DNA of 64,000 nucleotides from positions 64,001 through 128,000 of the forward strand of contig OZ242372.1 of assembly GCA_965209035.1 (NCBI GenBank), read 5' to 3'. The notes beneath the pieces were generated by a model. It was not told where the DNA came from, made no database searches, and was given only the letters and a program-made list of their open reading frames with translations. How positions within the stretch are numbered: the first letter of the stretch is position 1; the number at the start of each line of letters is the position of its first letter. Position numbers and translations under genes: made by a program. Shown piece by piece: positions 36,844 through 46,545 of this stretch. The stretch comes from Gammaproteobacteria bacterium (lineage in GTDB: Bacteria; Pseudomonadota; Gammaproteobacteria; CBDBNL01; JAAOII01).

Positions 36844-38298
36844 TCACTGATCACTTAACTTGCCTGCCCTCGCCTGCCCGGCCTCGCTTTGCCGTTGAAT
36901 TACCCGACGGTAAACGAAGGCACTGTCTTTCCATACCCGCCGTTGTTCCTTCTCATAATCGCAATAAATGATACCAAACCTCTTGGAGTAGCCTTTCGCC
37001 CACTCAAAATTGTCGAGCAGAGACCAACAATAATAACCTTCCAGCGGGACGCCGGCGTCTATTGCCTGCCGACATGCTCGCAAATGAGATAGCAGGTAAT
37101 CCGTGCGTTCGGGGTCCGCCACCTTGTCGCCCGAAAGTTTGTCGTCCCAAGCACTGCCGTTTTCTGTGACGAACATTCGCTTCACATCGTAATCTTTGGC
37201 AGTCCGGATCAGCAGGTCTGTCAACCCGTCCGGGTAAACCGGCCAATGCATCGCCGTGTGCGGCAAGTGCTCTCGCTCACACACCCGAGCACGCGTAATC
37301 ACGGCAAGCGGATTTGTGTCGGCGGGAAAGGTCCCCGAACCGGCAAAGGTCTCTTTAATACCGGGCAGTTTGGTATCTTCTGCAAGCCACACCGGAAAAT
37401 AGTAGTTCAATCCGAGAAAATCAATGGGCTGTCGGATGATCTTCAGATCCTGCGCTTCCATCTTCGGCAAGAATTCTCCCAAAAGTTCGGATATTTTTTG
37501 AGGATATTCTCCTTTAAAGAGAGCATCCGTGTAGATTCCGTTATTCAACTCGCCGGATAATTCCGCAACCCGTCGGTCTTCTTTTTTATCGGGGTCATTG
37601 GGATAGAATTGTTGTAAATTTAAAGTGATTCCACTCAATGCTTTTGGCGCCCGACTGCGAATCACTTCCTGTGCCATACCGTGTCCGAGCAGCAAGTGAT
37701 GCACGGCACTCAAAAACATTCGCAGGTTGCGTTTGCCCGGGGCATGCTCCCCCGAAAGATAACCGAGTGTCGCCGAACACCATGGCTCGTTAAGAGTGGC
37801 GACCGAGTGCATTCTATCGCCGATTCTTGCCAAAAGAGTATCCGCGTAATTCACAAAATGCTCCGCTGTGGTTCTGACGGTCCAACCGCCCTCATCTTCC
37901 AATAATTGCGGCAGATCCCAATGATACAGGGTGAGACAAGGTTGAATTCCGGCTTCCAGTAAGGCGTCTGTTAACTTGTCGTAAAAACCCAAACCCGCCG
38001 GGTTCACCTTGCCATAGCCATTCGGATAAATGCGCGGCCAGGCGGCTGAAAAACGATAAGCACCCACCCCCAATTCTTTCATAATGGCAATGTCTTCCGG
38101 GTATCTGTGATAATGATCACAGGCGATATCACCGTTATGCCCTTGAAACACCTTGCCGGGTGTGCGGCTAAATGTGTCCCAAATACTGCAACCGCGCCCG
38201 TCCTCCCGGGCGGCGCCTTCTATTTGGTAAGATGCCGTGGCTGTTCCAAATAAGAAGTTAGGCGGAAAAAGAGGAAGCGGATGTTCTTGCTCTGTCAT
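36844..38298 (-). CDS. GH1 beta-glucosidase
   Basis: FLFGTATASYQIEG, TLYHWDLP, TLNEPW, VTENG and DNFEW. Start set at MTEQEH because the longer call overlaps a terminator. Confidence 0.95.
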   Translation of the reverse strand: MTEQEHPLPLFPPNFLFGTATASYQIEGAAREDGRGCSIWDTFSRTPGKVFQGHNGDIACDHYHRYPEDIAIMKELGVGAYRFSAAWPRIYPNGYGKVNPAGLGFYDKLTDALLEAGIQPCLTLYHWDLPQLLEDEGGWTVRTTAEHFVNYADTLLARIGDRMHSVATLNEPWCSATLGYLSGEHAPGKRNLRMFLSAVHHLLLGHGMAQEVIRSRAPKALSGITLNLQQFYPNDPDKKEDRRVAELSGELNNGIYTDALFKGEYPQKISELLGEFLPKMEAQDLKIIRQPIDFLGLNYYFPVWLAEDTKLPGIKETFAGSGTFPADTNPLAVITRARVCEREHLPHTAMHWPVYPDGLTDLLIRTAKDYDVKRMFVTENGSAWDDKLSGDKVADPERTDYLLSHLRACRQAIDAGVPLEGYYCWSLLDNFEWAKGYSKRFGIIYCDYEKEQRRVWKDSAFVYRRVIQRQSEAGQARAGKLSDQ

Positions 38299-38333
38299 AT
38301 ACGGATATATGGCTACCTCAGTGAATACAAATA

Positions 38334-38368
38334 AAAATGCCGGCAGCAATATGCACTACCGGCATTTT
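38334..38368 (-). terminator. Intrinsic terminator or mRNA-stabilising hairpin after the solute-binding gene
   Basis: aaaatgccgg...ccggcatttt 10-bp stem followed by a U-rich tail on the minus strand. Confidence 0.75.
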
Positions 38369-38385
38369 CAATGAGTGCGGACGAG

Positions 38386-39669
38386 TTACTTGATCGAGAG
38401 ATTGGGGTATGCATTGGCAACATTTTCCTTAAATGCCTTCAATGCCGCCGCCTTGCTTTTGGCGCCCGTGGCATAGTCGTTGACCGCTTCGGAGATCATC
38501 GCGTTCAATCTTTCGTCATACTTGGTGACCAGATGGGCGATGTCGCGCCGGCCGGCTTCGTTGCTAAAGAACTCATAGTGTCTTTGACCTGCCAAAAAGG
38601 GATCATCCAAACTTGCAAGAGACTTCTGAACCTTCAGGTTAGACAAGAAGTCGCCGGTGCGTTTGGCATACTCTGTCATATACTCGTCATCCAAGGTCAG
38701 CATCTCAATAAACTTAAACGCCAAATCCTTCTTTTTGGATTTTGCATATATGCCAATCCAGGTCCCGCCCCAATAATAGTTCACCGGCGGGCGTGCCAAA
38801 GCATAGTCGCTTTTAATGCCCTCGGCATTGGGTTTTAGCACATAGTGCAGCCCCCATGTCGGCAAGAAATATCCGAACACACTGCCGTCTTTCATTCCGT
38901 TGAACCATGCGGGTTGCCATTGCCGGGCTCTGGCGGTGAGACCCTGATCAAACATTTTCTTGGCAACATCAAAATAGGTGTCTATGGCAGGATCAATATT
39001 CAGTTTTTCACCGACAACCCAACCTTGTTGACGCTGTGCCAAAAACGGATTGGTCAGGTCAAAGTTAGAACCGATCATCTTGACCTTTCCGCCGGAACCT
39101 TGCTTGATCTTGGCGGCCGCGGCATAAAACTTGTCCCAATCGGCAAGCATTGCGCTCACTTTCTCGGGATCATCCGTGCCGAGATACTGCTTGGCAAGAC
39201 TGCGCCGATAATAAAAACCGCCCGGTGTTGCCTGCCAAGAAAGTGCCTTGACCTTGCCTTTGCTGTCCTTGCCAAGATTCCAAACCGCCGGCACAAAGTT
39301 ATTGGCGAGACGATCCACCTTGTATTTGCGGGAAAGATCCAGCCAAAAGGGACCGTCCACAAACTGTTTGACAATGGCGATTTCACCGGTAAAGATATCC
39401 GGCGCGTTACGGCCGGTTGTCAAAACAGGGCGCAGTTTGTTTAAATAGTTTTCCAGGGCAAAGGTTGTGTATTTAACCGTAACGCCCGGGTTGCGTTTTT
39501 CAAAGTCTGCGGCAACGGGTTTTAGTTCGTCGGTAAAAGACCATATCTCGAGGGTCTCGGCTTGCGCTGTCGACCAAGAGAAAAATGCAAAGATTGCGAC
39601 CATGATGCCTGTTTTTTTCAAACCGGGAAGAGTCGCTAAACTTATTTTTGAAGTGTATTTTTTCATCAT
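38386..39669 (-). CDS. Sugar ABC transporter solute-binding protein
   Basis: Signal peptide (AQA), IWSF, APDIF, YYRR and GGTW.GI. Confidence 0.92.
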   Translation of the reverse strand: MMKKYTSKISLATLPGLKKTGIMVAIFAFFSWSTAQAETLEIWSFTDELKPVAADFEKRNPGVTVKYTTFALENYLNKLRPVLTTGRNAPDIFTGEIAIVKQFVDGPFWLDLSRKYKVDRLANNFVPAVWNLGKDSKGKVKALSWQATPGGFYYRRSLAKQYLGTDDPEKVSAMLADWDKFYAAAAKIKQGSGGKVKMIGSNFDLTNPFLAQRQQGWVVGEKLNIDPAIDTYFDVAKKMFDQGLTARARQWQPAWFNGMKDGSVFGYFLPTWGLHYVLKPNAEGIKSDYALARPPVNYYWGGTWIGIYAKSKKKDLAFKFIEMLTLDDEYMTEYAKRTGDFLSNLKVQKSLASLDDPFLAGQRHYEFFSNEAGRRDIAHLVTKYDERLNAMISEAVNDYATGAKSKAAALKAFKENVANAYPNLSIK

Positions 39670-39831
39670 AATGTTATAGTTTTGTAGTTTTGTAGCTTTG
39701 TAGTTTTTTAATTTTATAGTTTTTAGATTAACGGGTTTTCTTTAAGGTCGCCGATGTTAAAAACACCGAAGCGACCGGAACACCCTAATATCTTTAATAT
39801 CTTTTACAAGAATCCCGGCTATTTTTTGTTT

Positions 39832-42357
39832 TTATTGCCTTTGCCTTTCCGCACCGCCCGAGGTGCAAGTCAGGGCCGGATACTGGGTGCTGTTGCCAAG
39901 ATTCCATGCCCGATTTGCGTCTATCGCCAAGTCGCTATCGTCGGCATCGGTTGTGAATTCACCCGTATCGGGATCACACCAGAAATCGCCCCAGTTGGCA
40001 TAGATGCCTTCAAAGGTCGTTTGGCTTTGTAGGGCCTCTGTTGTCTTGCCCGTGCCGAAACGACCGCTTCTGCTTGCCGGAATATCTGTTGTATTAAGAT
40101 CCCAATAGTTGTCTTCAAAAGTGGTAGACGAAGGGATTCCCGCTGTAACTCCCACTATACCGCCGATTGCGTCGAAGACGGTATTGCTTGTCTCAAAACT
40201 TGCCAAAGAGGCACTTATTTGTAAGGTGGCTCCGACCCCTACGATGCCAGCGATTATTCCTGTCGTTCCTCTATGTTTTATATTACCGCCTGTGGCATAA
40301 CTGGCCGTAATTTCTAAGGTCAGTTCGCTAAACCCTATAAGTCCTCCGATATGTCTTGTTTGTCCTGCACCTTCAACATCTACTCTGTTTGCATAAGAAG
40401 CATTGATATAACTGCCTCGATGAGCAAATCTAGTCGAGGATGACGAAAATCCACCCAAACCCCCTACATCACTGGCGGCAAAGACACTCGTATCGGCAGC
40501 ATAAGACGAGACAATATTTGAACCCTCTAGCAGACCAAGCAAACCACCCGCACGCGTCCCGCCGAGAACACTGATTCTGCTGTCTGATACACTCGTCCTT
40601 ATTAACATGCTCTCTGTAGCTCTGCCCACCAATCCTCCATTACTACTTCTTGCAACATTTCCGGGCTGATTGGTTTCTGTTAGTGTAAGCGTTCCTCTCA
40701 TAACATGCACATTTTCTAACTGTGAACGAAAAGCCCAACCAACAAGCAATCCCACATAAGTCGGAAATTTACTTGAACTGTAACTTGCATCTAACAGTTG
40801 CAGATTGCGCATTGTGCCGCTGTCCAGTCCGGCAAACAGGCCAAGCCCATAAACCACAACCTCAACATTCGGATGGCGAATTTTTAAATGACTAATATTG
40901 TGATGATTGCCATCAAAGATGCCTCTATAAAATCGACAGGTGCTGAGAGCTCCTCCACTACAAGATCCTATCGGCGTCCAGCCCTCGCCGGTCCACTCGG
41001 CCATATTTTCACTATTGTCGGCATAAGAACTCGCATTCGTAAAATCAAGCGAGCGCATCAACTCGTAGCCATTGCAACCCAACTCGGGGCAGCCGGCATT
41101 GCCCGGGGCCGTAATGTTGTCATCATTGCCGTCATCTATCCCATCGGCATTGAGATCATCGCGCAGCCACGCCAAGTCATCCAAAGTGTAGATCTCTATC
41201 AGACCATTATTATCGTCATCCACATCTTCGGCATCCGCATATGCATCACCATCCAGATTCGGTACCGTAACCGCAAACACCCGGTTTGTATAAGAGTTGT
41301 CCTCGTCCGCTATCAGAGTAACGGCGACCGTGTAATTGGTGTCGGTAGTCAAGCGGGAAATGGTATAGGCAGTTCTTGTCTCCGAAGCAATGGTGCCGTT
41401 ATTTACACTTGATACGCTTGTCTCATCATCCAATCTGCCCGAAGAGTCCGAATCGGATCGGTCATCACTCGGAAACCAAGTGATCTCAAAGGCATCAATG
41501 AAGCCAACCGAGGGGTTGATCCAACTGAGTATCAAACTTGTTTCGGTCGATGCTACCGACAGACCGATGACTCCCATTGTCGCCGGAATATCCGCCGGAT
41601 CTTCCTCGCAGGCATCGCCCTCACCATCCTGATTGACATCCGCCTGATCTGTGTTCTGCGGGCAATTATCCTCTTCGTTGTTTATGCCATCACCGTCTAT
41701 ATCGTCATCCAGGATATCCGGCAATGTGTCATTGTCCAGGTTGCTGCCGGGCACAGCCTCCGGCACAGTTTGAACCGATGCTCTTCTGTTAGCACTGTTA
41801 GTGGAATTCAACAACAGCAACAAAGTTACCCGATAGGTGTTACCGTTCTCTATTCCTGTCGTTGCCTCATAAGAGGCGGGCATACCGGAGCCGAGGTCAT
41901 CCGTCTTTTGGGCACGAAACACCTCGCCTGTTGGCGCACCGTCAACAACCTGTTGCCAACTGATATTAAATCCCGCAATCAGGTTATCCTCTCCCGCCGT
42001 CACCGGGTTAGTCCAACGCAACGATAAACTGTTGTTGTTGGGAATGACCGTCAGACCTGTCACTGCCAGGAGTGTTGGGTCGCTACCGCCATCGCTGCCC
42101 CCCCCCCCGCCACCGCCGCAAGCGGACAGTAACAATAAACAGCCGATAAGAAGCGAAGCAAAAAAGTGAGCCAGTCCCCGAAAGCATATCGAAAAAGGCA
42201 TGGAAGAAGATTTCGAAGAGGACTTCGCAGGCATAGAATGCATCGGAACAAGCCCGAACAGGCTGCCTGCCAGGCTGCCTGTATTGTCTCTTAAACAAGA
42301 ATGTAAAGTTTGTATCATTTGTATCATTGGATTTTTCTTAGTTGGTGGTGAATTCAC
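39832..42357 (-). CDS. Surface lipoprotein/adhesin with FN3, thrombospondin type 3 and GLUG-like beta-helix regions, copy 1
   Basis: Lipobox LLSAC plus poly-Gly; two FN3-like domains; D.D.DG....DNC...D.NQDG.GDAC; GWTPIG...FDGN.H.IS.L; repeated GGLVG. True start is probably downstream of the called one. Confidence 0.8.
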   Translation of the reverse strand: MNSPPTKKNPMIQMIQTLHSCLRDNTGSLAGSLFGLVPMHSMPAKSSSKSSSMPFSICFRGLAHFFASLLIGCLLLLSACGGGGGGGSDGGSDPTLLAVTGLTVIPNNNSLSLRWTNPVTAGEDNLIAGFNISWQQVVDGAPTGEVFRAQKTDDLGSGMPASYEATTGIENGNTYRVTLLLLLNSTNSANRRASVQTVPEAVPGSNLDNDTLPDILDDDIDGDGINNEEDNCPQNTDQADVNQDGEGDACEEDPADIPATMGVIGLSVASTETSLILSWINPSVGFIDAFEITWFPSDDRSDSDSSGRLDDETSVSSVNNGTIASETRTAYTISRLTTDTNYTVAVTLIADEDNSYTNRVFAVTVPNLDGDAYADAEDVDDDNNGLIEIYTLDDLAWLRDDLNADGIDDGNDDNITAPGNAGCPELGCNGYELMRSLDFTNASSYADNSENMAEWTGEGWTPIGSCSGGALSTCRFYRGIFDGNHHNISHLKIRHPNVEVVVYGLGLFAGLDSGTMRNLQLLDASYSSSKFPTYVGLLVGWAFRSQLENVHVMRGTLTLTETNQPGNVARSSNGGLVGRATESMLIRTSVSDSRISVLGGTRAGGLLGLLEGSNIVSSYAADTSVFAASDVGGLGGFSSSSTRFAHRGSYINASYANRVDVEGAGQTRHIGGLIGFSELTLEITASYATGGNIKHRGTTGIIAGIVGVGATLQISASLASFETSNTVFDAIGGIVGVTAGIPSSTTFEDNYWDLNTTDIPASRSGRFGTGKTTEALQSQTTFEGIYANWGDFWCDPDTGEFTTDADDSDLAIDANRAWNLGNSTQYPALTCTSGGAERQRQ

Positions 42358-42508
42358 CGTTTCATTTCATAATTTAATAAGGTATTAACTCTTGTTAATA
42401 GTATACTCTAACTTTCTTTTAATCCAAGTAGGCTAACTTGTCAAATAGGTTTCTTAATATCTTTATGCCTTTGATAACTTTTACAAGAATCTCCGCTGTT
42501 TTTTATCT

Positions 42509-45034
42509 TTATTGCCTTTGCCTGTCCGCACCGCCCGGGGTGCAAGTCAGGGCCGGATACTGGGTGCTGTTGCCAAGGTCCCATGCCCGATTTGCGACTA
42601 TCGCCAAGGGACTGCCGGCATCGGTTGTGAATTCACCCGTATCGGGATCACACCAGAAATCGCCCCAGTTGGCATAGATGCCTTCAAAGTTCGTTTGGCT
42701 TTGTAGGGCCTGTGCTGTCTTGCCCCGACTGTCTCCGCTTGCCGCCGAAATACCTGTTGTATTAAGATCCCAATAGGTGTCTTCAATAACAAAAGTATCG
42801 GCATTAGATGATAGCCCGTGGGCGGATATGGGATTTTGGGGATTTGGTACCTCAACACCAACACTCGCGTAAGAGGCATTTATTTGTCCGCTACTTGCCA
42901 TACTATCTCCTCCTCCTGTTCCTACAATGCCACCGGCTTGCCCTATGGGTCCTTGCCTAATCACACCGCCTCTGACATAACTGGCTATAACTTCTATTTT
43001 CGCTTCGCCTGTCCCTACAAGCCCTCCGAGCTGAGACGATTCGGTACTGTTAACATCTATTTCGGTTACATAAGAAGCAATGATAGCACTGGGACCGGCG
43101 AGTACAGTTCCGATCATACCTCCTACCCCGGTTAAGAAGATGGGGATGGGGATAAAGACATCGGCAACATAAGACGCAACAATCTCTGTGACCGCTACTG
43201 CACCGACCATCCCGCCTATTCTCCTTCCACTGTTGAAGGGAAACTGCAGCGTGATATTCGAAACACTCGTCCTTATTAACCTACTATCCTCAACCCTGCC
43301 TGCCAATCCCCCGATATTGTCTTTTCCAGCAAGTGACCCTTGCGATAGCTTAATTTTTCCTCTCATAATATGCACATTTTCCAACCGTGAACGAGTAACC
43401 CAACCAACAAGCAATCCCGAATAACTTGGTTCTCTGTTTGTTTCGAAACTTGCATCTAATAGTTGCAGATTGCGCATTGTGCCGCCGTTCAGCCCGGCAA
43501 ACATGCCAAGCCCATAAACCACACTCCGATTCGGGGGGCGAATTTTCAAATCACTAATACTGTGATCATTGCCATCAAAGATGCCACTATAAAGTCGACA
43601 GGTGCTGAGAGCTTTTCCACCACAAGATCCTATCGGCGTCCAGCCCTCGCCGGTCCACTCGGCCATGTTGGCACTGCCGGATGTGGTATTGGCATAAGAA
43701 CTCGCATTCGTAAAATCAAGCGAGCGCATCAACTCATAGCCCTTGCAACCCGAATCGGGACAGCCGGCATCGCCCGGGGCCGTAATGCTGTCATCATTGT
43801 CGTCATCTATCCCATTAGCATTGAGATCATCGCGCAGCCACGCCAAGTCATCCAAAGTGTAGATCTCTATCAGACCATTATTATCGTCATCCACATCTTC
43901 GGCATCCCCATATGCATCACCATCCGCATTCGCACCCGTCACCGCAAACACCCGGTTTGTATAAGAGTTGTCCTCGTCCGCTATTAAAGTAACGGCGATC
44001 GAGTAATTGGTGTCGGTAGCCAAGTCGGAAATGATATAGGCAGTTCTTGTCTCCGAAGCAATGGTGCCGCCATTTACGCTTGATACGCTTGTCTCATCAT
44101 CCAATCTGTCCGAGGAGTCCGAATCGGATGGAGCATCACTCGGAAACCAAGTGATCTCAAAGGCATCAATGAAGCCTGCCGGGTTAGCCCAACTGAGCAT
44201 CAAACTTGTTTCAGTTGGTAGTGCTGATAGATTGCTCACCCCCTTGGTCGTCGGCAGCTCCGCCGGATCTTCCTCGCAGGCATCGCCCTCACCATCCTGA
44301 TTGACATCCGCCTGATCTGTGTTCCGCATCAGCCGGCAATTATCCTCTTCGTTGTCTATGCCATCACCGTCCATATCGGGGTCCAGGCTATCCGGCAATG
44401 TGTCATTGTCCAGGTTGCTGCCAGGCACAGGATCATTCGGCACAGTTTGCACCTCTGTTCTACTATTGGCGCCGTTGGTGGGATTCAACAGCAGCAACAA
44501 AGTTACCCGATACGAGTTACCATTCTCTATTCCTGTCGTTACCTCATAAGAGGCGGACATACCGGATCTGAGGTCATTCGTCTTTTGGGCACGAAACACC
44601 TCGCCTGTTGGCGCACCGTCAACAACCTGTTGCCAACTGATATTAAATCCCACAATCAGGTTATCCTCTCCCGCCGTCACCGGGTTAGTCCAACGCAACG
44701 ATAAACTGTTGTTGTTGGGAATGACCGTCAGATCCGTCACTTGCAGGAGTGTTGGGTCGCTACCGCCATCGCTGCCCCCCCCCCCGCCACCGCCGCAAGC
44801 GGACAGTAACAATAAACAGCCGATAAGAAGCGAAGTAAAAAAGTGAGTCAGTCCCCGAAAGTATATCGAAAAAGGCATGGAAGAAGATTTCGAAGAAGAC
44901 TTCGCAGGCATAGAATGCATCGGAGCAAGCCCGAACAGGCTGCCTGCCAGGCTGCCTGTATTGTCTCTTAAACAAGAATGTAAAGTTTGTATCATTTGTA
45001 TCATTGGATTTTTCTTAGTTGGTGGTGAATTCAC
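42509..45034 (-). CDS. Surface lipoprotein/adhesin, copy 2
   Basis: Tandem paralog (starts 2677 bp apart) with near-identical leader, N- and C-termini and a divergent GLUG region. Confidence 0.8.
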   Translation of the reverse strand: MNSPPTKKNPMIQMIQTLHSCLRDNTGSLAGSLFGLAPMHSMPAKSSSKSSSMPFSIYFRGLTHFFTSLLIGCLLLLSACGGGGGGGSDGGSDPTLLQVTDLTVIPNNNSLSLRWTNPVTAGEDNLIVGFNISWQQVVDGAPTGEVFRAQKTNDLRSGMSASYEVTTGIENGNSYRVTLLLLLNPTNGANSRTEVQTVPNDPVPGSNLDNDTLPDSLDPDMDGDGIDNEEDNCRLMRNTDQADVNQDGEGDACEEDPAELPTTKGVSNLSALPTETSLMLSWANPAGFIDAFEITWFPSDAPSDSDSSDRLDDETSVSSVNGGTIASETRTAYIISDLATDTNYSIAVTLIADEDNSYTNRVFAVTGANADGDAYGDAEDVDDDNNGLIEIYTLDDLAWLRDDLNANGIDDDNDDSITAPGDAGCPDSGCKGYELMRSLDFTNASSYANTTSGSANMAEWTGEGWTPIGSCGGKALSTCRLYSGIFDGNDHSISDLKIRPPNRSVVYGLGMFAGLNGGTMRNLQLLDASFETNREPSYSGLLVGWVTRSRLENVHIMRGKIKLSQGSLAGKDNIGGLAGRVEDSRLIRTSVSNITLQFPFNSGRRIGGMVGAVAVTEIVASYVADVFIPIPIFLTGVGGMIGTVLAGPSAIIASYVTEIDVNSTESSQLGGLVGTGEAKIEVIASYVRGGVIRQGPIGQAGGIVGTGGGDSMASSGQINASYASVGVEVPNPQNPISAHGLSSNADTFVIEDTYWDLNTTGISAASGDSRGKTAQALQSQTNFEGIYANWGDFWCDPDTGEFTTDAGSPLAIVANRAWDLGNSTQYPALTCTPGGADRQRQ

Positions 45035-45208
45035 CGTTTCATTTCATAATTTAATAAGGTATTAACTCTTGTTAATAGTATACTCTATTTTTGTTTTAAT
45101 CTTTAATAAGATAAATGAGTTAAGTATTTAAACCACCGCTTTTTGCACCGGAACGAAAGTGCGCTCGAACCTTCTTTTAATCTTTAATAAGGAAGTAAGA
45201 TCTGTAAC

Positions 45209-46519
45209 CTAAGCCGCCGCTTTTTGCACCACACCGAAAGCGCGATCTATCTTATCCAAGGCTTCGGCGATAGCGTCTTCGCCGATATTCAGCGGCGGTG
45301 CGATTCGGATGACATTTCCGTATAAGCCGCCCTTGCCAATGAGAAGTCCCAGTTTCTTGGTCTCTTCAAAAATATGGTTAACCTCTTCGGGGGCGGGCTC
45401 TTTTGTTGTTCTGTTTTTGACCAGTTCAAGCCCCATCATCAATCCCTTGCCGCGCACATCGCCAATCAGACTGTATTTTTCTTGCAGTTTTAGCAATCCT
45501 TCCAGCAAGATTTCGCCCATAGCCCGGCAATGTTCCGGCCCGGCTTCTTCTTCCAAAACCTCAATTGTTGCCGTGGCTGCCATTGTCGTTACGGGGTTGC
45601 CGCCAAAAGTGTTAATAATCAGCCCGGCACCTTCCATTCCTTTGGAAACCTTATCGGTGGCAATGACATTTCCCAGCGGGAAGCCGTTGGCAATTCCTTT
45701 TGCCATGGTCATCATATCCGGTTCAACATCCCAGTGACTGACACTAAACCAGTGTTTGCCGGTTCTCCCAAAACCGCCCTGAACCTCATCCGCAATCACC
45801 AACCCGTCGTATTGGCGGGCGATTTCGCTGATAATTTTCAAAAAATCCGGCGGTGGCGTGATAAACCCGCCCACTCCTTGAATGGGCTCAAACAACACAG
45901 CCGCAATCTTACCGGAAGTTGTGGTGCGTATCACATTTTCCAGATCCTGGGCACAGGCTGTTCCGCAAGTTTCCGGTTTGAGATTAAAAGGACATCTGTA
46001 ACAATAACCGTTATGCGTGTACTTAATGCCGGCTGTCATGATGGGGTCAAATCTCCAGGAATCCTGCGCGGTCAGCGATTTGGTGACGGCTGTTCCGCCG
46101 CTGTAACCGTGCCGCAAAGCGATAATATCCATATTCCCCGTATGCTGGCGTGCGGCGAGAACCGCCAGTTCGTTCGCCTCGCTGCCGCTGTTGGTAAAGT
46201 AAGAGGTTTCCAGTTGGCCGGGTGTCAGTTCGGCAAGTTTTTCCGCCAAAGCGACCTGGTTTGCGTGCGGGTAAAGAGTTGAAGTATGAATCACCTTGGC
46301 AATCTGCTCACTCACGCGCTTCACAATTTTGGGGTGGTTATTGCCAACGCTGGTCGTCAGAATGCCACCGAAAAAGTCCAGATATTTGTTATCGTCAACA
46401 TCGTAAATGTAAGCACCCTCGCCGCGATCAAAGGCAACAGGTTCCTTGTAATAAAGAATGTGGCTTGACCAGAGATGCTTTTTATGGCGTTGGGTGATTT
46501 TTTGGGAGTTATTTGTCAT
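45209..46519 (-). CDS. Class III aminotransferase (beta-alanine aminotransferase, PydD/AGXT2-like)
   Basis: YLDFFGG, NSGSEAN, EPIQG.GG, DEVQ.GFGRTG and MAKGIANG; pyrimidine catabolism context. Confidence 0.88.
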   Translation of the reverse strand: MTNNSQKITQRHKKHLWSSHILYYKEPVAFDRGEGAYIYDVDDNKYLDFFGGILTTSVGNNHPKIVKRVSEQIAKVIHTSTLYPHANQVALAEKLAELTPGQLETSYFTNSGSEANELAVLAARQHTGNMDIIALRHGYSGGTAVTKSLTAQDSWRFDPIMTAGIKYTHNGYCYRCPFNLKPETCGTACAQDLENVIRTTTSGKIAAVLFEPIQGVGGFITPPPDFLKIISEIARQYDGLVIADEVQGGFGRTGKHWFSVSHWDVEPDMMTMAKGIANGFPLGNVIATDKVSKGMEGAGLIINTFGGNPVTTMAATATIEVLEEEAGPEHCRAMGEILLEGLLKLQEKYSLIGDVRGKGLMMGLELVKNRTTKEPAPEEVNHIFEETKKLGLLIGKGGLYGNVIRIAPPLNIGEDAIAEALDKIDRAFGVVQKAAA

Positions 46520-46545
46520 GTTTTTGTCCTTTCTGTCAAAATAAA

